DNA of 34,146 bases from the IMG/VR virus record IMGVR_UViG_3300032024_000273, positions 1 to 34,146 of that record; one strand, written 5' to 3'. The notes under the pieces were generated by a model. The model had not been told where the DNA came from. It worked only from the letters and a program-made list of their open reading frames with translations, and did not search any database. This stretch comes from a virus (taxonomy: Duplodnaviria > Caudoviricetes). The position numbers and the translations under genes are program-made. Below are positions 1 to 8,390 of the stretch, piece by piece. The stretch's first letter is position 1. Each line of letters begins with the position of its first letter.

Positions 1-2
1 CC

Positions 3-8
3 TATACT
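3..8 (+). promoter_or_regulatory. Possible sigma70 -10 element (TATACT) for the plus-strand genes
   Basis: TATACT about 100 nt upstream of ATG 111 in otherwise GC-rich DNA; the -35 would lie outside the window. Confidence 0.3.
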
Positions 9-110
9 GTATCGTGTAGGACGCGGGGCCGCTGAGGCTCCCGCACCCCGGACCCACCGACGGGACCGGGAACCACCGAAGGGCCGCCGAGGCCCGGAGA
101 GAGACCCGCC

Positions 111-485
111 ATGACCACTGCTACCCGTACCCCCTCGACCGCCGTCACCTACAGCCGCCTCCGCTCCGGAGAGTGGGGTGTCCGCGGCCCCGCCTCGCAT
201 CTGGCCGCTGGCTCCCGCGTCACCGTCGGCCGGAAGGACGGCTCGACCTCCGAGGTCGTGATCGGCCGCATCCTCTGGACCGGCGACGGCGTCGCTCTCG
301 CCACGATCGAGTCCTCCTCGTCCTCCTCGCGCTCCTCCTCCCGGTCCTCCCGCTCCGGCGGCATCCGCGACGCGTGCGAGGAGCCGCGCCGGCACCTCAC
401 GGAGTGCCGCGACTCCTCGGGGATCTCGGGGATGTGCTGCCCTCGCTGTGCGGCGCTGTCATCCTACGAGCGGTCCTTCGCCTGA
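111..485 (+). CDS. Hypothetical phage protein (small beta-rich domain, Ser-rich linker, Cys-rich tail)
   Basis: GGAGA SD, strong C/G third-position bias, C-terminal CCPRC motif. Confidence 0.75.
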   Translation: MTTATRTPSTAVTYSRLRSGEWGVRGPASHLAAGSRVTVGRKDGSTSEVVIGRILWTGDGVALATIESSSSSSRSSSRSSRSGGIRDACEEPRRHLTECRDSSGISGMCCPRCAALSSYERSFA

Positions 486-566
486 TCCGCTTTCCCGGGC
501 CGCCGCTGGGGCGGTCCGGTTCACCCGGGGCTCCGCCGAGGAGCCCCACCGAACAGGAGCACGATC

Positions 567-1616
567 ATGCAGATCCACCTCACCCCCTCCCCCGCGGCCT
601 ACATCCGGGGAGGATACGATCCCGACACACAGACCACCATCACCGTCGATCTCGCGGCCCTGACAGAGGGGCAGCGCACCCTCCTGGCCGAGTACACGGC
701 GCTGGACCTGCGGGGGCAGCACCGCCTGCTCCGGAGCCCCCACACCCAGCACCTGATCCCGGTGACCGCACCGACCACCGAGGCGGTCCTGGACGCGGCG
801 GCAGCCGTCCGAGAGGCCGATCGGGCCCGGGCCGAACAGGCGCAGGCCCGGGAGCAGGCCCGGGTACAGGCGGAGATCGCCACGATGCTCGATGCCCTGC
901 GGAGCCGCCCCGAGCGCACGGGCCTGCGGTACCTGCGCCAGAGCGCACCCGGCGCGCCGGCCGAGGATGTCAGCTCCATCATCAGTGGTCCGGGAGTCTG
1001 TGTGGAGTATGAGATCCCGCGGGCCGACTGGCCCTTCCACCTGGCCTCGGAGCAGGTCCGCGCGATCCAGGAGTCCGCCGACGCGAGGGCGTGGCAGGCG
1101 GATCTTGACGCCCGGGCTGAGGCGGCGCGGGCCCAGGCGGTCGCGCGCCTGGCCGCCGAGTGGGAGGGGCACCGGGCGCGCGAGGCCCGCGACCAGCGCC
1201 AGGAGGAGGATCTCCGCACCTGGGCCCTGGAGCACGGTTCGGACCGGATGCGGCTCCTGCTGGAGGAGGAGCACGACGCGTGGCGCGCCATCGCCGAGGG
1301 CGAGTACCTCGATGCGCACACCCCGGAGGGATTCACGCGGCTCCCCGAAAGCTACGTGCGGAAAGACCGCACGAAGCCCGCGGCAGCCGATATCCTGGCC
1401 CTGCGGGAGGCCCGGGCTCTGGTGGAGGAGGACATCACGCTGTCCGCGCCCGAGATGGAGTGGATCGTGTCGTACCGGCCCGCAGACCCGGACGACGAGG
1501 ACGAGTGGGCGCAGCGGAACTCGGACGGGGATGTGGTCGCGGAGAAGTTCGCGGCGATCACACTGGTGGTCACCGCGCCGACCGGCGTCACCCGGACGGT
1601 GATGCGGCGGGTCTGA
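567..1616 (+). CDS. Hypothetical protein, 349 aa, helical/acidic
   Basis: AGGAG SD at 555-559, protein-like composition, ends just before a strong hairpin. Confidence 0.85.
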   Translation: MQIHLTPSPAAYIRGGYDPDTQTTITVDLAALTEGQRTLLAEYTALDLRGQHRLLRSPHTQHLIPVTAPTTEAVLDAAAAVREADRARAEQAQAREQARVQAEIATMLDALRSRPERTGLRYLRQSAPGAPAEDVSSIISGPGVCVEYEIPRADWPFHLASEQVRAIQESADARAWQADLDARAEAARAQAVARLAAEWEGHRAREARDQRQEEDLRTWALEHGSDRMRLLLEEEHDAWRAIAEGEYLDAHTPEGFTRLPESYVRKDRTKPAAADILALREARALVEEDITLSAPEMEWIVSYRPADPDDEDEWAQRNSDGDVVAEKFAAITLVVTAPTGVTRTVMRRV

Positions 1617-1626
1617 CCGAGTCTGT

Positions 1627-1660
1627 CCCCGGGCGAGGACAATCCCGTCCTCGCCCGGGG
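1627..1660. terminator. Perfect 14-bp hairpin between convergent genes (probable terminator)
   Basis: CCCCGGGCGAGGAC-AATCCC-GTCCTCGCCCGGGG; no clear U-tract. Confidence 0.55.
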
Positions 1661-1736
1661 CTCGGGACCGCCGGATTCGAGGACGCGCGGGTGGCCCTCC
1701 GCCTTCTCGCGCGGGTCCCGACAGGGTAGCACCCTG

Positions 1737-2357
1737 CTACTGGCTCGCCACGTAGGCCCCGACGAGTCCGCCCGCGAGGAACACGAGGCCGCGAGAAGGC
1801 TCGGGGAACAGCCCGAGCCATTTCCCCCGCTTCGCGCTCCGCACCTCGACCACCAGGCGCTGGAGCGCGTCGCGCTGCACCCGCTCCGCCGCCCGCACCG
1901 AATCTGAGACCACCAGCGCGGCGGTGAGCCGTGCCGTGGCCTGACGCTCCAGATCCCACCCGGTGCGCAGCTCCTCGGCAGTGGACCGCCACTCGTCGCG
2001 CTCGACGCGGAGGCCCTCGGCCAGCGTGACCAGCCTCTCCACGCTGTCCCGCATCGTGACCGCACCCGCCACGGCGGCCTCCAGTGCCTCGGTCCGATGC
2101 CCCAGAGCACGAGCACGGCCCTGGATCGAGTCCGCCCGGGCCCGCTGAACCTCGGCCCGCTGCTGGAGCTCGACGGCCTGCGCGACCGCCGCCGCCTGCA
2201 CCAGGGTGAGGCTGTCTGCCCGGTGCTGGAACTCCGCCACCTCGCCGGCGAGCCGCACCGCCTCCCGGGCGCGGCGCCGGTCGATCACGAGCCCGGTGAC
2301 GACGGCCCCGACCAGTGCCGAGACGAGGGCGAGGAGGACGACGGTGCGGGTGCTCAT
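1737..2357 (-). CDS. Putative Rz/i-spanin-like membrane coiled-coil protein
   Basis: MSTRTVVLLALVSALVGAVVTGLVI N-terminal TM, long Ala/Glu/Arg coiled coil, last gene of the late operon; start set by ATGA overlap. Confidence 0.55.
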   Translation of the reverse strand: MSTRTVVLLALVSALVGAVVTGLVIDRRRAREAVRLAGEVAEFQHRADSLTLVQAAAVAQAVELQQRAEVQRARADSIQGRARALGHRTEALEAAVAGAVTMRDSVERLVTLAEGLRVERDEWRSTAEELRTGWDLERQATARLTAALVVSDSVRAAERVQRDALQRLVVEVRSAKRGKWLGLFPEPSRGLVFLAGGLVGAYVASQ

Positions 2358-2557
2358 CGGTGGCAGTCGACGGGCTGGTCTGTGAGGCAGGAGTATCCTG
2401 CGCCCACCTCCACGTGAGCCCCAAGCGGGAACGCTCGTCCCGCGCCCGACGCTGACAGCACTCCACGGAGGTCGATCAGGACGCATCCGCATTGAGCGCA
2501 ATGCTGTACCTGCGGCAGTACGGCGCCTGCCATGTGGACTATCGTCCGGCTGCTCAC
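2354..2557 (-). CDS. Small Cys-rich hypothetical protein (CxxC)
   Basis: GTGA/ATGA coupling at both ends; HCAQCG motif. Confidence 0.55.
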   Translation of the reverse strand: MSSRTIVHMAGAVLPQVQHCAQCGCVLIDLRGVLSASGAGRAFPLGAHVEVGAGYSCLTDQPVDCHR

Positions 2558-2754
2558 GCGCCGTCCTCCTCGCCGCGCCGGCGCTGCTCGATCGCAGCCA
2601 TCTCCTCCTCGGCGACCTCGGCGCTCGCCACGGACTGGACCCGGACCAGGTCCGCGCCGTGAAGGGCCATCGCCTGCTCGATCGCCGAGACGCGATCCCG
2701 GGCCTCGATCACCGGCCCGGGCCGCACCACGTAGGGGATCCAGCGGAACATCAT
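2554..2754 (-). CDS. Small hypothetical protein (MMFRWIPYVV...)
   Basis: GGAGGAG SD, ATGA overlap with the upstream gene. Confidence 0.65.
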   Translation of the reverse strand: MMFRWIPYVVRPGPVIEARDRVSAIEQAMALHGADLVRVQSVASAEVAEEEMAAIEQRRRGEEDGA

Positions 2755-2975
2755 GCCGCCGTCTCCTCCTCCGGCTCGTCGAAACGCGGCGAGGTGAAGA
2801 GCCCTTCGCGACCGCATCCTGGGCACTCGTATTCGTGCGCGGCCCCGTCGAACGGGTGCGTGAGGATGATCTCGTTGATGTCGTGCCCGCACAGCGATCC
2901 GTCATCGAGCCTCCCCATGCACCGGCGCCGGATGCTGCGGACGATCTCCTGCTGTTCCTTCGTGGGCGTGCTCAT
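2751..2975 (-). CDS. Small zinc-ribbon-like protein
   Basis: C-x9-CGH and YECPGCG motifs; AGGGGG SD. Confidence 0.7.
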   Translation of the reverse strand: MSTPTKEQQEIVRSIRRRCMGRLDDGSLCGHDINEIILTHPFDGAAHEYECPGCGREGLFTSPRFDEPEEETAA

Positions 2976-2986
2976 GTGTCCCCCTA

Positions 2987-3724
2987 TCAGGCAGTGTTGC
3001 CGGTGAGTTGACTGGTCACGGTTGTTTTCTGCGGGGCATCGGCGGCGAGGAGGCTCAGCTTGTACCAGAGCCCGATGCTCTCTCCCGCGCCAAGATTGCC
3101 GGTGGGCACGGACTGGGCCACGCCGTTATCGACGAAGGTGATACCACCCGGCGCCGTCTTGCGGTTCGCCACCGACACGGTGTCCCCCTTGGCAGCCGAG
3201 ACGCCGATCTCGAACTTGGCGGCGGGATCCGCCGTGAGGGTGAGTTGCGCTGTGGTGAGGGCCAGCGTGCCGTGGTTGTTTTTCCACGCGGTTTTCTCGT
3301 ACCGCACCGAGGCTCCGGCCTCGGAGGCCGCGCCAAAGAACAGGATGCGGCGCGTCGTCTCGTTGGGGGTGAGGGTGGCCCGCGTCGCCCCAGCCGCGCC
3401 CTGGCGGATCGTCACCGTGCGTGCGGCGTCCCCCGCTGAGGCCACGACCTTGAGGAAGCGCTCGAACACCTTGACCCCCACCACTTCCACGGCACCCGTC
3501 AGGACGATAGCCTCGGTGTCCTGCACCCCGCTGGGCAGGCGGCCGGTGACGGTGATGGTGCGCGTGTCCGCGCCGTCGGACACGGCGGCGATCACGCTGT
3601 TGGCGGTGAGCTGCGTGATGTCGGGCCGCCCCGTGGTGGCGATGGCGCCACCCGACGTGCTGGCGTCGTCCTCCGGCATGTTGGCGGTGAGGTACTCGAC
3701 CAGGTCTGTCACGGCAATGGGCAT
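2987..3724 (-). CDS. Putative virion structural protein (beta-rich)
   Basis: Ala/Thr/Gly/Val-rich 245 aa, AGGAGA SD, within the late operon. Confidence 0.65.
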   Translation of the reverse strand: MPIAVTDLVEYLTANMPEDDASTSGGAIATTGRPDITQLTANSVIAAVSDGADTRTITVTGRLPSGVQDTEAIVLTGAVEVVGVKVFERFLKVVASAGDAARTVTIRQGAAGATRATLTPNETTRRILFFGAASEAGASVRYEKTAWKNNHGTLALTTAQLTLTADPAAKFEIGVSAAKGDTVSVANRKTAPGGITFVDNGVAQSVPTGNLGAGESIGLWYKLSLLAADAPQKTTVTSQLTGNTA

Positions 3725-3748
3725 GATGTCATCTCCTGCGTGAGAGTG

Positions 3749-4099
3749 TTAGCGCCGGCCGGCGAGCACCCGGAAGGGGACCCACCGGCGATAGTCCGTC
3801 CCAAACATCACGAGCCGCCAGACAGTTTGCCCGACGAACCCGGCGAGTGTCGCGGCGATCTGGTCGCCTTGCAGTGTCACCGCGTACCGGGTCGGCGCCC
3901 CCGTGCGCGGGGCCAGTGTGCCCTTCAACGCCGGGTCAATCGCGGTGGTGGAGCCGAGGGTGGCGACCAGCAGGCCCTCGCCGCCCGTGAGAGGCGCGGC
4001 GGGCGGACCGAACTCCCCCGTGCTGGCGAGCTTCTCGCTCACGTCCTCGTCGATGTCCCAGTCCCCGCCGTCCAGATAGATCACGTTGTCTGCGCTCAT
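3749..4099 (-). CDS. Hypothetical protein, possibly a fibre adaptor/chaperone
   Basis: MSADNVIYLDGG..., ATGA overlap with the 690-aa gene. Confidence 0.65.
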   Translation of the reverse strand: MSADNVIYLDGGDWDIDEDVSEKLASTGEFGPPAAPLTGGEGLLVATLGSTTAIDPALKGTLAPRTGAPTRYAVTLQGDQIAATLAGFVGQTVWRLVMFGTDYRRWVPFRVLAGRR

Positions 4100-6168
4100 G
4101 AGACCCCCGAATGGTCGATTCCCCGGAGCCGGGGTGTGCTGTGGTCCTGCCCTGCCAGGCGAGGAGTGGAGTGGTCGAGTCCTCGGAGCCGGTGTGCCGA
4201 GAAGTCCCGGCCGCGCAGAATCCGAATCGTCACCACCGACCCGTCCCACGCCACGGTGATTACGGACTGCTCGGCCAGCGCCGCGAGGATCTCCGCTGCG
4301 ACGGTGCTGACGCGGCTCCGCAGGGCCAGGATCTCCACGGCGAAGGCGGAGGAGGCCTGGAGCGTCCCCAGCACCTCCGCGACCACCGCCGAGAGCCGCG
4401 AGACCCCGGCGAGGAGTTCGGCGGGTGCGGTACTGTCGGCACTCAGCGCGTGGAGCCACTCGGCGGGGGAGACACGCGGCGCCGCGACCGCCTGGAGCCA
4501 CTCCACCCCGACGATGGATGCGCGGGCCACCGCCGCCCCTGTTCCCGCAGCTTCCCACGCCACGAGGCTCTGGCGGGAGAGCGCGGCCAGGAGCTCCAGC
4601 GCGACCGTCTGGTCACGCGACACGCGCGCAAGGAACTCGGCCGCCGAGACGGACGACCGGGAGACCTGCGCCAGGATCTCGATCGCCGTGGCCGGTGAGG
4701 TGGCGAGTAGCGCCGTCAGGGACTCCAGGGGACTCGCCGAGGAGCGCGAGACTCCGGCCACCGACTCCCACGAGAGGAGAGATGCACGGCCAACCCCGGC
4801 GAGAGACTCCACCGCCGGAGACGCCGATCGGCTGAGTCCCGCGAGGAACTCCACCGTGGACAGAGCCGCGCTGATTCGCTGCGCGAGGATCTCCGCCGCG
4901 ACCGTGGCGGCCCCACTCACACCACCCAGCGACTCCACGGCGGGCACCGCGCTCCGCGTGACGCCCGCCCTCCATTCCGTGGCCGAGACCGAGGACTGGG
5001 AGATGGGCGTGCCTCCCGCCAACCGGAAAGCATTCGAGGTGACCGTGACCCCGCCCCCGGTCCCCGCGGCAATCTCCCACCCGATGTCATCGCCGTCCGC
5101 AAAAGCAGTCCCCGGGGCAAAACTGAAGGCACCGACCTGCCCCGCGGGGATCGTCACACCGGCCACACTCACCTGGTTTTTGAGCAGCCGGAAGAACGAA
5201 TCTGTCGTGGCGGCGTTGGCCGTCACCCAGAGCCAGCACTGCTCCACCACCGCGGGAGTGGCCACGCGGGCTCGGTAGGTGGGGCTATCGAGCACATGGC
5301 CGTTATTGTCGAACAGGACCAGGTTGGGCGGGCCGTAGCGGGAGGCACCGGCGGGCACGGTGACGCCAGTCGCCCAACTTGCCAGAGCCGACACGGCATC
5401 GGTCGCGTCATGGGTGATCTGATGCCGCCAGGTGCGCCACGTGGTGCCTCCCGTGTTCGCATTCCACCGCAGGGATACCAGATCCCCGTCCTGCACCCCC
5501 ACGGAGGTCGTGGCGTCCTCGAACAGCCCGGTCTGGTTCGCGGGGATCGTGACGGCCATCGCCGTGTCGACCCCGTTCACGCGCAGGGTCACCGTACTAG
5601 CACTCCCGCTGGTGTTCGTGCGCATCTGGATCTGGAGCCGCCGAAGGGTCCCCGCGGCCACCGGCTGCTGCACGCTCGACTCCGCCCCCGCCGTGGCCAC
5701 CCCGCGCGACCCCCCCACCGAGGTGTACTGCACACCCGTGGCGAACTCGGTCGCGCTACCGTGGAGTGTGATGCCTGCCACGGTGGTCGGCGTCCACCGA
5801 TAGCGCACATTGGCTGTCCGGAAGTTGGTCCCTCCGGTCCCCACCACGAGCACGCCAGTGTATTCATCTCCCGCGGCGAGGGTGTCGGCGTGGGTGGGGT
5901 CGTCGAACCACCCGGTCTGTCCGGCCGGGACGGTGATACTCACACTCCCCGCCACCCCATTGATCTGGGTGGTGAAGGTGGTGGCCGTCGTCCGGTCATT
6001 GATGGCCACCATGATACCCACGCGGTCTGCAACACCGGCTGCATGAATCCGTGAGGACCGCTCTGCCTGAGCAGGCTGGTTGCCTCCGCCCATTCCCATG
6101 GTCCACCAATTGGTGCCGGCGGAGGCGACAAAGTCGAAGTTGCCGCAATAGATCGTCGTGGCCGCCAT
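4096..6168 (-). CDS. Putative fibre/appendage protein with three N-terminal beta-sandwich repeats and a 14-aa repeat shaft
   Basis: Three copies of a TIPAGQTG.F-like motif; about 17 tandem 14-aa repeats each starting with Glu. Confidence 0.7.
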   Translation of the reverse strand: MAATTIYCGNFDFVASAGTNWWTMGMGGGNQPAQAERSSRIHAAGVADRVGIMVAINDRTTATTFTTQINGVAGSVSITVPAGQTGWFDDPTHADTLAAGDEYTGVLVVGTGGTNFRTANVRYRWTPTTVAGITLHGSATEFATGVQYTSVGGSRGVATAGAESSVQQPVAAGTLRRLQIQMRTNTSGSASTVTLRVNGVDTAMAVTIPANQTGLFEDATTSVGVQDGDLVSLRWNANTGGTTWRTWRHQITHDATDAVSALASWATGVTVPAGASRYGPPNLVLFDNNGHVLDSPTYRARVATPAVVEQCWLWVTANAATTDSFFRLLKNQVSVAGVTIPAGQVGAFSFAPGTAFADGDDIGWEIAAGTGGGVTVTSNAFRLAGGTPISQSSVSATEWRAGVTRSAVPAVESLGGVSGAATVAAEILAQRISAALSTVEFLAGLSRSASPAVESLAGVGRASLLSWESVAGVSRSSASPLESLTALLATSPATAIEILAQVSRSSVSAAEFLARVSRDQTVALELLAALSRQSLVAWEAAGTGAAVARASIVGVEWLQAVAAPRVSPAEWLHALSADSTAPAELLAGVSRLSAVVAEVLGTLQASSAFAVEILALRSRVSTVAAEILAALAEQSVITVAWDGSVVTIRILRGRDFSAHRLRGLDHSTPRLAGQDHSTPRLRGIDHSGVS

Positions 6169-6461
6169 CAGCCCGCCTTTCGCCGCCGGGCGGCGGCGCG
6201 GCGGAGAGTCTCGCGGTCAGGCGGAGAGACCCCCCACGCGCCGAATCCGGTCGGTCCCGCCTCGAACACCCGGTGCCGCCAGCAGATCCGCATCACCGTT
6301 TGCGGGCTCACGCCGAGGGCCCGCGCCGTGGCGGAGGCATTGCGCCCGTGCTCCCGGTAGAGCCGCAGGACCTCCTCCTCGCGTTCGCGCGGGAGGGCGC
6401 GGCGGGCCCGGACCGCATCGTCCGGAGACCACGCGCCGTAGGCACCACGGACCCAGGTCAC
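6168..6461 (-). CDS. Fis-type helix-turn-helix DNA-binding protein
   Basis: HGRNASATARALGVSPQTVMR resembles HTH_8; GTGA-coupled start, TGATG-coupled stop. Confidence 0.65.
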   Translation of the reverse strand: MTWVRGAYGAWSPDDAVRARRALPREREEEVLRLYREHGRNASATARALGVSPQTVMRICWRHRVFEAGPTGFGAWGVSPPDRETLRRAAARRRKAG

Positions 6462-6580
6462 GGGCGCCCCCGCGCGGCGAGCCAGGACAGCAGCACGATC
6501 GCGACCCAGGGGCCGAGCAGGGCCGAGAGGAGGTACCACCAGCCGCGAGCCGCGCGGCGCCGGTAGATGCCGGGTCTCAC
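6458..6580 (-). CDS. 40-aa single-TM peptide (MRPGIYRRRAARGWWYLLSALLGPWVAIVLLSWLAARGRP), absent from the ORF track
   Basis: Translated by hand; GTGA overlaps at both ends; basic N-terminus plus hydrophobic helix. Confidence 0.6.
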   Translation of the reverse strand: MRPGIYRRRAARGWWYLLSALLGPWVAIVLLSWLAARGRP

Positions 6581-7533
6581 GGCGCGACCCCCTGACACGC
6601 CGTCAGGGTCTGCCCGAGGCTCCCGGACCGGCGCGACCAGCCGAGCGTATCACCCGGCTGCCAGTGCGTGAGCCCTGATACGACGCGGGCTGTCGTGCAC
6701 TCCTGCCGAGGCGTCCAGGTGCTGTCGGGCCCGGGATACGTGATGAGCCCGCCCGGAAGCCGGGGATCGATCAGAAGCCAGGTGAACGTGCGCCCGCTGG
6801 GTGCGGGAGGGTCCAGCGGGACCGCCGGAGAGGTCGTCTCTGCCGTGACCGGGACGGTCCAGACCACCCGCGCCGTATCGGCCCGTGGTCCGGACCACGC
6901 CACGATCCACCAGGTGCGGGTCCGGGGGGAGCCCGGGGTGAAGCCCACCGCCCGGGGCCCCCACTGGAGCCCCTGAAAGTCCCCCAACCGGCCGGCCGTG
7001 CCAGTCCCCGTCTCGGACATCCACACCACGCTATCACCGACGCTGGCGCGGGCGTCGCCGGTACAGAGGGCGTCCGGGAGGCAGGTCACCACGCCCCGGG
7101 CCGCCGGACCAGGCGGCGCAGGGTCGGTGGTGGGCAGGCTGTCGGGCGCAGGCGGTAGCGCGAGGCTGTCACCCGGTTGCAAGGCGGGCGGGAGGGAAAC
7201 GAGAACAGTATCGACCACGCGCACGGTGTCCACCACGCGCGGGAGGCATCCTCGCACTCTCACGAGGATCGTCTGCTGCACCTCCACCGGTTCCCGCCGG
7301 GATGCCGCCACCCACGAAGCGACCGCGACCGCGCGGTCCAGAGTGGTCCAGCCGCGTGCCACGCCACTCGGATGGCGCACACTATCCCCGGCGACCACGA
7401 TGTAGGCCAATCCCCCTCCCTGCCGGATAGCAGAGGTCGTGTCCCCCGGGGCGCAGGACTGCGCGGGGAGCACCGTGCTACCCAGCAGCCAGGCCGCGAG
7501 CACGAGGCCCGCGACGCGGAGGCACCAGCGCAT
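6577..7533 (-). CDS. Secreted protein with signal peptide, Pro-rich linker and possible PKD/Ig-like domain
   Basis: MRWCLRVAGLVLAAWLLGSTVLPA/Q signal; VVDTVRVVDTV repeat; CxxxxxCTGDARAS segment. Confidence 0.65.
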   Translation of the reverse strand: MRWCLRVAGLVLAAWLLGSTVLPAQSCAPGDTTSAIRQGGGLAYIVVAGDSVRHPSGVARGWTTLDRAVAVASWVAASRREPVEVQQTILVRVRGCLPRVVDTVRVVDTVLVSLPPALQPGDSLALPPAPDSLPTTDPAPPGPAARGVVTCLPDALCTGDARASVGDSVVWMSETGTGTAGRLGDFQGLQWGPRAVGFTPGSPRTRTWWIVAWSGPRADTARVVWTVPVTAETTSPAVPLDPPAPSGRTFTWLLIDPRLPGGLITYPGPDSTWTPRQECTTARVVSGLTHWQPGDTLGWSRRSGSLGQTLTACQGVAP

Positions 7534-7535
7534 GG

Positions 7536-7718
7536 TCAGGACTCCGGAGGATCGTTGAGCGCCCGGCCGAGGCCCGCGACGATGGCGCCGATCAACGCGA
7601 GAGCGACGCCGATCTTGGCCGAGGCCGCCCCGAACAGCGGCGCCAGATCGAGGGCTTGGACCGATCCGATGATCGTCGTGAGGATGCCGGTGACCGTGAC
7701 GACGCGAGACTGTTTCAT
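7536..7718 (-). CDS. Putative holin (two TM segments)
   Basis: 60 aa, two hydrophobic segments, AAGGAGG SD, downstream of the endolysin. Confidence 0.65.
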   Translation of the reverse strand: MKQSRVVTVTGILTTIIGSVQALDLAPLFGAASAKIGVALALIGAIVAGLGRALNDPPES

Positions 7719-7822
7719 GCGGACCTCCTTGGGATTGTTGTGCCTTTACATGGGAGACAGTACCCGTGGCTCGCACTGTGCATGCGAGAGCACCTATGGC
7801 ACCTACCGTCCTTACGCCTCAT
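7715..7822 (-). CDS. 35-aa CxxC...CxxC peptide (MRRKDGRCHRCSRMHSASHGYCLPCKGTTIPRRSA)
   Basis: Translated by hand; AAGGAG upstream; ATGA overlaps at both ends. Confidence 0.45.
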   Translation of the reverse strand: MRRKDGRCHRCSRMHSASHGYCLPCKGTTIPRRSA

Positions 7823-7883
7823 AGAGGTAGGGTCTCCTTCACGTGAAACGCTGACCCTGCCGACATGAAACCTCCTGATAGAG

Positions 7884-8390
7884 TCATCCCGGCGCGAGCC
7901 GCTGCCGGAAGGTCATCTTCTTCAAGGCCGCATTCCACGCCCCGACGAGGGTGTTCCGTCGGGGATGCGCCATCCAGCCGGCGTGGATCCAGCGCCGCCC
8001 CTCCCGGTCCGTCTCGATGATCAGCTGGTCGTCGGTGCGGAGGGGGTCCGAGGCGAGGCGATCCAAGGCCTCCTCCAGAATCCATCCGCGCGGGAGGAAA
8101 TCGACCCCGGCGGCCAGAAGATGTGCCGACCGGCTGGTGGATCCGACGGCCACATTGAGTGCCGGCGACCGGTACCAGCTGGTGATGGTGATCACCGGAT
8201 GGTCGAGCCGCACCCGGACCTGCTCCATCCGGAGCGCCGTATAGAGCGCGGTGGCCTCCAGGTGGTGCGGCAGGAGGTTGGGGATGCCGCGGGCGGAGGC
8301 GGTCGCCGACGCCTCGACTTCGGCCCAGGAGAAGTTGGGCGTCAGGTCCGGCAGATGGCGCCGCACGGGCAGGATCAGGCCGGACATCAC
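7884..8390 (-). CDS. Endolysin, peptidase M15 family (Zn peptidoglycan peptidase)
   Basis: NFSWAE, ITSWYRSPALNVAVG, SAHLLAAGVDF (SxH..D), DQLIIE and WIH motifs. Confidence 0.88.
   Translation of the reverse strand: MMSGLILPVRRHLPDLTPNFSWAEVEASATASARGIPNLLPHHLEATALYTALRMEQVRVRLDHPVITITSWYRSPALNVAVGSTSRSAHLLAAGVDFLPRGWILEEALDRLASDPLRTDDQLIIETDREGRRWIHAGWMAHPRRNTLVGAWNAALKKMTFRQRLAPG

Noticed and set aside
310-356. (TCC)n-like microsatellite
   Set aside because: It encodes an in-frame Ser/Arg linker with interruptions; no sign of phase variation.
1352-2116. Nested o-spanin (Rz1) in an alternative frame (LLAASC)
   Set aside because: No hydrophobic signal region or plausible start before the Cys.
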